From positions 304,437 through 368,436 of IMG/VR virus record IMGVR_UViG_3300031414_000001: 64,000 nucleotides of DNA. One strand, given 5' to 3'. Source of the stretch: a virus (Duplodnaviria; Heunggongvirae; Uroviricota; Caudoviricetes). Shown in pieces: positions 38,036 to 44,470 of the stretch. The notes below the pieces were generated by a model. The model did no database searches. It saw only the letters and a program-made list of their open reading frames with translations, and was not told the origin of the DNA. A program made the position numbers and the translations under genes. Numbering within the stretch: position 1 is the stretch's first letter; the number at the start of each line of letters is the position of its first letter.

Positions 38036-38171
38036 AAGAATTCATCGTTTATTGGATAGCCGTGTCTACCAGTTTCACCATCACTATTCGTACTGACATA
38101 GTTCGTAGGACTCGAACCTACACGCCATAAGGCCGCTATTTGGGTTAACATTTAGTTGCTGTTGAATTCTT
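38036..38171 (-). ncRNA. circularly permuted Leu-type tRNA-like RNA with CAGCAA stem
   Basis: ATAGC + long variable arm GCC-TTAT-GGC + T arm, closed acceptor, Leu-type D arm, GCTAT; ends AAGAATTCA/TGAATTCTT. Confidence 0.8.
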
Positions 38172-38257
38172 TAAGTTCTTGTTGTAGTACGTTATAGGCT
38201 TACTGATTCATCCAAAGTGCTACCTATTGTGTTGGATAATTTCACAGTACTACTTAG

Positions 38258-38330
38258 TGGGAATAGCTGGACTCGAACCAGCGGCGACTCGATTATCGGT
38301 CGAGCATTCTACCAACTGAATTATATTCCC
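38258..38330 (-). tRNA. trnI: tRNA-Ile(GAU)
   Basis: cloverleaf; loop CC-GAT-AA (C33). Confidence 0.9.
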
Positions 38331-38342
38331 ATATAATGCCTG

Positions 38343-38579
38343 TTACCAGGCATAATCACCAGTGCCGATGTAACAAGCTTTGTTACAATGACCACTCATG
38401 GCATCAAGTACATCGTTAAGTTCTTCGATACGTGGATCATCATCTTCCATGTCAAAGAACACATAAGTCAGTGCTTGATATAAATCAATGTTATTTGAAC
38501 GTTCATTTGAATCAACAAATTTACGAACAGCTTCGTGCATATTAGCACTATTCAGGATTTCATCTACGATGGTTTCCAT
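38343..38579 (-). CDS. hypothetical protein
   Basis: ATG 38579; C-terminal SGHC...IG motif. Confidence 0.7.
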   Translation of the reverse strand: METIVDEILNSANMHEAVRKFVDSNERSNNIDLYQALTYVFFDMEDDDPRIEELNDVLDAMSGHCNKACYIGTGDYAW

Positions 38580-38583
38580 AGTA

Positions 38584-39042
38584 TCACCTACAAGGATATG
38601 GTACAATGTTATGATGTTCTCTAAGAAATTCTATGCTATGATTAACTTTCATCATATCTTCGAAGTACTTAACGAACTCGCGTAACCGTGTTACAAATTC
38701 GTAACTGAACGGAACTTCTTTTAACGTACTTAATTGGAAGTGCCATTCCTCACTTATACTGTAAGGAAAACCATTGACTTTGAATAAATCTTCATCGTCT
38801 TCATCCCAATAATGTACGTTGAACCTGTTTGATAACAAGTCAACTACTATTGAAAGGGTGTTATCCTTTTCGTCCGACAAATAAAAATGGATTATCCCAT
38901 CTCGTGAAGAATAATGATCATTGTCATTAAAAACCACAGTATTAGATAATCCATTAATATTCGATCTACATCGTTCCGGTACATGTAATAACGAAATGAG
39001 ATATTCTTCTCCAATTTCGTACAACACATCGTATTTGCTCAT
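38584..39042 (-). CDS. hypothetical protein, EExxFQxxT family
   Basis: SEEWHFQLSTLKE. Confidence 0.75.
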   Translation of the reverse strand: MSKYDVLYEIGEEYLISLLHVPERCRSNINGLSNTVVFNDNDHYSSRDGIIHFYLSDEKDNTLSIVVDLLSNRFNVHYWDEDDEDLFKVNGFPYSISEEWHFQLSTLKEVPFSYEFVTRLREFVKYFEDMMKVNHSIEFLREHHNIVPYPCR

Positions 39043-39273
39043 TTAGAATGAATCCGGTTTTGCTACGCTCCGTACTGCCGACATGAAACCTTTTTGGAGG
39101 TCAGTCTTGGCAATCGCCAGCCAACGTTTATCAATATCAGGATGATCTTCAAGTGCTTCGATCATATCTCCGACTTTAGCAGCTAAGTCCTTAATTGCGT
39201 TCATCGCATTAATTTCTTGCTGATTAAGATCTCGATACCCTTTAATTTGTTTGTGTTGATTATCCATAATCAT
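39043..39273 (-). CDS. acb2: Acb2/Vs.4-like anti-CBASS cyclic-nucleotide sponge
   Basis: MDNQHKQIKGYRDL...MNAIK...RWLAIAKTDLQKGFM..VR.VAKPDSF matches the recalled Acb2 hairpin sequence. Confidence 0.9.
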   Translation of the reverse strand: MIMDNQHKQIKGYRDLNQQEINAMNAIKDLAAKVGDMIEALEDHPDIDKRWLAIAKTDLQKGFMSAVRSVAKPDSF

Positions 39274-39291
39274 TATCTCTCAATTAAATGC

Positions 39292-39349
39292 TGGAATCCA
39301 CAAGGTCAAAGTAAAAGTTTGATTTTTGTGTGGTTGCTGGAGGATTCCA
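39292..39349 (-). ncRNA. CAGCAA-stem element with Lys-like anticodon loop
   Basis: TGGAATCC/GGATTCCA; TCAAA-CTTTTAC-TTTGA. Confidence 0.75.
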
Positions 39350-39355
39350 AATTCT

Positions 39356-39571
39356 TTATTCTACGTAGCCGATAAAGCCAACGTGTTCTTTAACAGTACT
39401 TTTCTTCTTGGTTTCTTCGTCATGAACTTCACGTTCAAAAACTACTGGTTCCAATAGAACAACTGCTTTTTGTGCTCCGAAGATATTGCTAACTTGTTCG
39501 TCATTCAATTCTTCAGCACTAGTATGACGACGCAAAGCACCATCTACTTTGTAGTAGTAATCGTAAAACAT
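39356..39571 (-). CDS. hypothetical protein
   Basis: ORF. Confidence 0.7.
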   Translation of the reverse strand: MFYDYYYKVDGALRRHTSAEELNDEQVSNIFGAQKAVVLLEPVVFEREVHDEETKKKSTVKEHVGFIGYVE

Positions 39572-39590
39572 TTTTTCTTCCTTGTGTGAT

Positions 39591-39687
39591 TGGCGGTAAA
39601 GAGAGGATTTGAACCTCCGAGGCTAGGGATTACCTAACCTGGCCGCTTTCCAGGCGACTGCATTAAGCCAAGCTCTGCCACTTTACC
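39591..39687 (-). tRNA. trnS: tRNA-Ser(GGA)
   Basis: class II cloverleaf, G73-CCA. Confidence 0.95.
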
Positions 39688-39744
39688 ATGTTCGTTGTAT
39701 GGCTTCAACTTTATTTAGTAATTTTAAACACTAAATTAAAAAGC

Positions 39745-39804
39745 TAGAATCTATAATCTTTGTTTTCACCAATTGAATAAGAGTATGTTTGCTGTTAGAT
39801 TCTA
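39745..39804 (-). ncRNA. CAGCAA-stem element, minimal
   Basis: TAGAATCTA/TAGATTCTA, ACAGCAAAC, TGAAAAC. Confidence 0.75.
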
Positions 39805-39806
39805 TG

Positions 39807-39928
39807 CGAGAAAGGTTGGACTCGAACCAACGACCAGGCCATTAAAAGTGGATGAAGTATGGTTGCTGAGAAATTACAGTACTGTAATTTTGGGTTTCTA
39901 CCTGCTCTACCAACTGAGCTACTTTCTC
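39807..39928 (-). tRNA. tRNA(UUU)-like gene with 49-nt CAGCAA insertion in anticodon stem
   Basis: removing the insert restores GGCCA-CTTTTAA-TGGCC and a 73-nt cloverleaf. Confidence 0.75.
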
Positions 39929-39939
39929 ATAAATTTTTA

Positions 39940-40015
39940 GGGGCAAGGAATGGAGTTGAACCATTTCCAGGATCAGTGGCATCTCCAGTGTTTTATCACT
40001 CAGAAGACAATGCCC
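39940..40015 (-). pseudogene. degenerate tRNA-like sequence
   Basis: T arm AATGG-TTCAACT-CCATT, GGGCA/TGCCC ends, non-canonical D and anticodon arms. Confidence 0.45.
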
Positions 40016-40118
40016 ATTGGGTAATTAAGTTCCTCAAGCCTCTACTAAGTTATAGTTCCCTATAGATGAATATAACGTTCGCTTTCTGCGGCCTCTAATG
40101 TGCCTATCCTTAATTACT

Positions 40119-40209
40119 TGGAGGAAGATGTGGGATTCGAACCCACGGAGGGCTATTAACCCCCTCTAGTTTTCAAGACTAGTGCAATCGGCCTCTCTGC
40201 CAATCTTCC
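40119..40209 (-). tRNA. trnS: tRNA-Ser(UGA)
   Basis: class II cloverleaf with CCA, anticodon TGA. Confidence 0.93.
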
Positions 40210-40239
40210 AAAAAAGTACTTCACAGTACTTTGTACGCT

Positions 40240-40395
40240 GGATTCTCTATTAATTGAGCAACTACCTAGCACGGCTCAATATAACTAATTATTATCTCCC
40301 TAGTTACCAGGTGGACACGAAGGGAGTTTTACGTCCGAGTATCCAATCTCATTATTTGATAGATTTTAAGATTTTATGTGTTGCTGTCAGAATCC
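40240..40395 (-). ncRNA. CAGCAA-stem element with large non-tRNA distal domain
   Basis: GGATTCT/AGAATCC stem, ACAGCAAC, internal CTCCCT/AGGGAG and ATTGAGC/GCTCAAT helices. Confidence 0.6.
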
Positions 40396-40423
40396 GAGTG
40401 CTAATTCGGTTTTAATTAAAAAC

Positions 40424-40529
40424 AAGAATCGTTGTTTTCTATCCCCACAACCAGTGGTAAATCGGAATTGAACCGAAGGTGTTTTTCGCCAAATGAAATA
40501 TAAAGAGTTATGTTTGCTGGACGATTCTT
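40424..40529 (-). ncRNA. permuted tRNA-like RNA lacking D arm, CAGCAA stem
   Basis: AAGAATCGT/ACGATTCTT; T arm TTCGG-TTCAATT-CCGAT; closed acceptor hairpin. Confidence 0.7.
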
Positions 40530-40533
40530 TTAG

Positions 40534-40604
40534 CGTTCCCAACGAGGTTCGAACTCGTGTTGCCTGAGTGAAAGTCAGGTATCCTACCGCTAGATGATGG
40601 GAAC
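40534..40604 (-). tRNA. trnE: tRNA-Glu(UUC)
   Basis: cloverleaf, anticodon TTC, G73. Confidence 0.95.
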
Positions 40605-40606
40605 AA

Positions 40607-40771
40607 TTATTGTTTATCAGGCTCTTTCAATGTCCATTCGGTACTTTTCTCTGTACTTTTGGTCACTTCAAAACCTAATTCGGACATTACTTCAGGTAGG
40701 TTATTGTTATTGTTATCAATACCACTCAGGATACGACGAACAATTACCATGTTTTCTTCTGCTGATGCCAT
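40607..40771 (-). CDS. small hypothetical protein
   Basis: start corrected to ATG 40771 (AAGGA RBS). Confidence 0.65.
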   Translation of the reverse strand: MASAEENMVIVRRILSGIDNNNNNLPEVMSELGFEVTKSTEKSTEWTLKEPDKQ

Positions 40772-40796
40772 TTTGTTATCCTTTATTGAAGGAACT

Positions 40797-40913
40797 GAAA
40801 TCTTTGTTTTTCTGGACCCAATCACAGCCTACATAGCAACAAGGCTGCTGCGGATTCGAACCGCACCGTTTTTTTCGCATAAAAAATAATTGTTTTATTT
40901 GCTGTAAGATTTC
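40797..40913 (-). ncRNA. permuted tRNA-like RNA, CAGCAA stem
   Basis: GAAATCTT/AAGATTTC; T arm TGCGG-TTCGAAT-CCGCA; closed CAGCCT/AGGCTG. Confidence 0.7.
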
Positions 40914-40960
40914 GTGTTGCTAATACTTTTATTATACCACAAATTTTTGATTCGTTTCAT

Positions 40961-41440
40961 TTATTTTTGAAGAATTTTCAAGTACTCACCGTACCAGTAT
41001 TCAGTACCGTGACCATATCGTTTCTTCAACATAAAGCACAATTCATCTACATTTGAATGGTATTTCATGAATTCTAATACATGAATATTATCACAATTTC
41101 GTTCAGTACTGGAAAGTTTCAAGGGTTCAGTGGAAATTGCTTCACAATGATGTGAACCAATTTCTTGTACAATGTTTTTCCAGCATGATGAATCATGGTC
41201 ATGTGTTGGATCAATTTCATTAGCCAACGCATGAGCAATTTCATGTAAAATTATACTACGAACATCACGATAGATAACTGATTTTGCTACAAAGCTATCT
41301 AACGATATTATCTTTTCCGAAGATTGACAATATCCTAAAACGCGGGTTTCACCCTTTATGATTTTATCATGGAGCTTAAATTTCCAATCATATAAACCAT
41401 GCTTATTCATATAATGATAAGCCATTTTATATATGTTCAT
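40961..41440 (-). CDS. SprT-like zinc metalloprotease
   Basis: LGYCQ...IILHEIAHAL...H...WK. Confidence 0.8.
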   Translation of the reverse strand: MNIYKMAYHYMNKHGLYDWKFKLHDKIIKGETRVLGYCQSSEKIISLDSFVAKSVIYRDVRSIILHEIAHALANEIDPTHDHDSSCWKNIVQEIGSHHCEAISTEPLKLSSTERNCDNIHVLEFMKYHSNVDELCFMLKKRYGHGTEYWYGEYLKILQK

Positions 41441-41463
41441 AACTAATCTCTTAATTAAGATCA

Positions 41464-41585
41464 GGAATCTTGTTTTATCCAGCACCAAGCTCCCACTATT
41501 TGAATAAGGCATATGTTCGTGGGTGGGGATTCGAACCCCGTCGTTTCGTTTTCATCAAAAGGTTTATTTTTTGCTGTAAGATTCC
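41464..41585 (-). ncRNA. permuted tRNA-like RNA, CAGCAA stem
   Basis: GGAATCTT/AAGATTCC; GGGG-TTCGAAT-CCCC; CCCAC/GTGGG; mini D arm AGC-TTGGT-GCT. Confidence 0.75.
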
Positions 41586-41628
41586 GATGCCTTATGTTCT
41601 ATATTATACCAGAAATTTTTCTTCCGTT

Positions 41629-42051
41629 TCAAATATTTTTCAAAACATCAGAAAGAAATTGACCAGGTTCAAGTTCGATATAATCTGATTCATCATACTG
41701 TAACTCGAATATAAAGTCATCCCAATTTTCTTCAAGATAATGAATAAAACTTTCAGGAGAACCACGTTCGCGATACCGCTCAATGTATTCTTCAGATAAA
41801 TCAACTTCAGGGTATACGTTAGTGTACTTCATACCAACGGTTTGTAATAGTTTTCGTACTGATTCATGAGTACTGATCAGTATATACTCATAACCATCAT
41901 TCTCAGCATCAATAATAGCCTGAAGATAATTCAATGGAAATGTTTGTATTCTACTATAAGCAGAACTATCTAAGTCAATTACCTTATCATTGTTCTGTAC
42001 TACAGTGGTTTTCCCAATACCAGGAAAACCACAAATAATCTTAGCTGCCAT
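41629..42051 (-). CDS. P-loop nucleotide kinase-like protein
   Basis: IICGFPGIGKTT, IDLDS. Confidence 0.7.
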   Translation of the reverse strand: MAAKIICGFPGIGKTTVVQNNDKVIDLDSSAYSRIQTFPLNYLQAIIDAENDGYEYILISTHESVRKLLQTVGMKYTNVYPEVDLSEEYIERYRERGSPESFIHYLEENWDDFIFELQYDESDYIELEPGQFLSDVLKNI

Positions 42052-42724
42052 ATGTCTCTAACTGGTTCCTGAACTGTACACCATCTTGGGTGTACTGTTG
42101 TGCTAATTTTGGGTTTTGCGTGTTGTTAACATCGTTGATCATAATAGGTACAAATGACACACGAATGAATGTGCGAACACGACCAGTACTGACCTTTGGA
42201 CGACGATGAAGAATGTACGGGTCCATACAGTACACGACATTCTCTTTACAACGTTTTACTTCTGAAGTGATGTTCTGTTCCAGGAAGTGGTTCACGTTGT
42301 GTTTCAGTGGATCGAAATCATCAGGGAACTTCACAGAAACATTGGTGTATTCTGTCGGAATACGATTAGTCCAAATGTAATTCTGCTCAGGAACATGAGC
42401 GACCTTAGTACTGAAACCATCAACATGCCATTCGTCATCAGTTACAGATTTAACAGCACCATGACGTACAGTAATGTAGCAGTACTGTTTATCACCATCC
42501 AACGCATTCTGCTGATGGGTAATAGCTTCTAACAGTACTGGAGTGAGCCAACGTAATTCATCAGGGATCAAAAGATTCTGACCATCGGCACATACACACA
42601 TACGTAAAATGTATTGTTCATCGAAAGGACATGATACTTCAACTTTCGACAGTTCAATTGGTTCAACATTGTTTTCAAATTCACTTACAGAAACATTACG
42701 CTTTGCTCGTTCAATGATACTCAT
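42041..42724 (-). CDS. putative 2OG-Fe(II) dioxygenase-like protein
   Basis: WHVDG (HxD)...LHRRP...RTFIRVSF. Confidence 0.55.
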   Translation of the reverse strand: MSIIERAKRNVSVSEFENNVEPIELSKVEVSCPFDEQYILRMCVCADGQNLLIPDELRWLTPVLLEAITHQQNALDGDKQYCYITVRHGAVKSVTDDEWHVDGFSTKVAHVPEQNYIWTNRIPTEYTNVSVKFPDDFDPLKHNVNHFLEQNITSEVKRCKENVVYCMDPYILHRRPKVSTGRVRTFIRVSFVPIMINDVNNTQNPKLAQQYTQDGVQFRNQLETYGS

Positions 42725-42760
42725 GATGTACCTCTTATTTAAAATAGGGCATTGCTGCCC

Positions 42761-43237
42761 TTAGTCCAGAACTACTTCTTCGTCTGAGCTACGTTTAGTA
42801 GCTTGCTTTGGTGCGTCAGGTGATACCTGATTACCAGAAGTACTGTCCAGAGATTTCTCAAGCTTGATAATACGCTTGAAGGTTTTAATGTCAGGTTTAT
42901 TACAAGCCCAATCTTTGCTATCCTGAGCACCGTAACGGTACAGATTGCCATATGAGTAGTACTTGTTACCAACCCAAATCACACCTGCTTTTTGACCAGT
43001 TTCCTTATCAGTAAAGATAAGTTCTTTTGGTTCACGGCGTACAGTTAACAGACCAGCTTCAAACTTATCCATCAGAAGGTTCAACTTGATAGTTGCTTCT
43101 TCGTTATAAGTCAAAGATGACATTAAGAACTGAGCGGTTTTCAGACGTTCAGTACCCATAGATGATGTTACAACCAACATCCACAGAATGAACAGTACCA
43201 AAGCACCCAGCAAACCATACAATGCTATAGCAGCCAT
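42761..43237 (-). CDS. membrane-anchored hypothetical protein
   Basis: N-terminal TM. Confidence 0.75.
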   Translation of the reverse strand: MAAIALYGLLGALVLFILWMLVVTSSMGTERLKTAQFLMSSLTYNEEATIKLNLLMDKFEAGLLTVRREPKELIFTDKETGQKAGVIWVGNKYYSYGNLYRYGAQDSKDWACNKPDIKTFKRIIKLEKSLDSTSGNQVSPDAPKQATKRSSDEEVVLD

Positions 43238-43250
43238 TTTTTCTCTCCAG

Positions 43251-43493
43251 TTACGAGTTGATGATTTCAGAAATAACCACTTCTTTCAAATCACGGAAGT
43301 CCAACTGACGACCACGAATATCATAGATTAGGTTCGTTTGTAACTGACGCAACTTAGCGAGATGCTTCGTTTCGTCTTTTGTCTTGTTCTCTTTCGAGTC
43401 CAGTTCATTGATTTCAACAGAAACCATAGAAAGCTGACCTTTCAAGAGTTCAATACGTTTGTGTAGGTTTTTCAGTTCTGTAGCACTTTTCAT
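43251..43493 (-). CDS. coiled-coil hypothetical protein
   Basis: ORF. Confidence 0.75.
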   Translation of the reverse strand: MKSATELKNLHKRIELLKGQLSMVSVEINELDSKENKTKDETKHLAKLRQLQTNLIYDIRGRQLDFRDLKEVVISEIINS

Positions 43494-43557
43494 GATACTG
43501 CTTCCCTATTACTTACTTAAAGATGCCACCAACATTGTTGGCGGCAATGGCTGGCAA

Positions 43558-43773
43558 TTACTTGTGGTAACGTGCCTTGTTCTGAGCCTTACGGATTTCG
43601 TGCAGTTCAGTCTGCAACGATTTCTTCCAGTCTAGCAGATGTGCGTAGCAGATCTTTGGCTTATCGCTGTTAGCGAAAGGAGCCAGCAGTTCTTCTGCCT
43701 GAGCAATCTGGAACTGAATGTAGTTCACGTTGCGTTCTACTTCGCCAATATCAGTAATAGTGTTTTTAGCCAT
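43558..43773 (-). CDS. hypothetical protein
   Basis: ORF. Confidence 0.75.
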   Translation of the reverse strand: MAKNTITDIGEVERNVNYIQFQIAQAEELLAPFANSDKPKICYAHLLDWKKSLQTELHEIRKAQNKARYHK

Positions 43774-43907
43774 GTTTTGTAATGCCCTTTTCTTTATTCA
43801 TAAGATAAGTACCTTCGACATGAAGTGTACCGGAAACGTTTTACATCCGTCGATGTGGTACATAGTACCGGAATCTTGAAGCCCTGTCAAGGACTTTTTT
43901 GAACTTT

Positions 43908-44408
43908 TTAGTCTTGAAGACCGTAGTCCAGGATTACAATTTCACCATCGGCGTTTTCGCCCATGTTCTCGAACCCTACGTCATACAGTATCTCAGAAAT
44001 TTCGTCCTGAGTCAAGCCACTTTCTTTAAATTTTTTCGCAAAATGAATGAATTTTTCATTCGGGTTATCTACCAGGAACTGATCAAGGTTCTCTGGATAG
44101 TACTGAATCGCACATACCAGTTCATTGATAGATTCCTCGTATTCACCGGAAATGTCATCCATAAGATTATATGGCTTAACACGTTCCATGATTATACGCT
44201 GATTGCTGCTGCTGTCAACCAAAATTTTACACAACGGTAATTTGTCACCATACTTAATGTAAGTTTCCAGTTCTACACGACATTGTTCAATGCCCCAACC
44301 AGCCGCATCGTCTTGATGCTTAGCTACCTTGATAACCAGGTTATCATTGATTTCATAAACAGTACGTGATGCACCTTCATCAATGTACTTAAAGAGTTCA
44401 TTGCTCAT
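43908..44408 (-). CDS. protein-kinase-fold protein
   Basis: GASRTVY..VIKVAK..E; IIMERV; ENMG..IVILDYG. Confidence 0.7.
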   Translation of the reverse strand: MSNELFKYIDEGASRTVYEINDNLVIKVAKHQDDAAGWGIEQCRVELETYIKYGDKLPLCKILVDSSSNQRIIMERVKPYNLMDDISGEYEESINELVCAIQYYPENLDQFLVDNPNEKFIHFAKKFKESGLTQDEISEILYDVGFENMGENADGEIVILDYGLQD

Positions 44409-44470
44409 TGGTATACCCTTTTAGCTCAATTAAAAAGGGGAACATAGTTCCCCTGTTACGTATTATGGTA

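Noticed and set aside
36145-41585. CRISPR array interpretation of the repeated GAATC/CAGCAA motif
   Set aside because: Copies are inverted-repeat stems with irregular spacing, interspersed with genes; no identical direct repeats or cas genes
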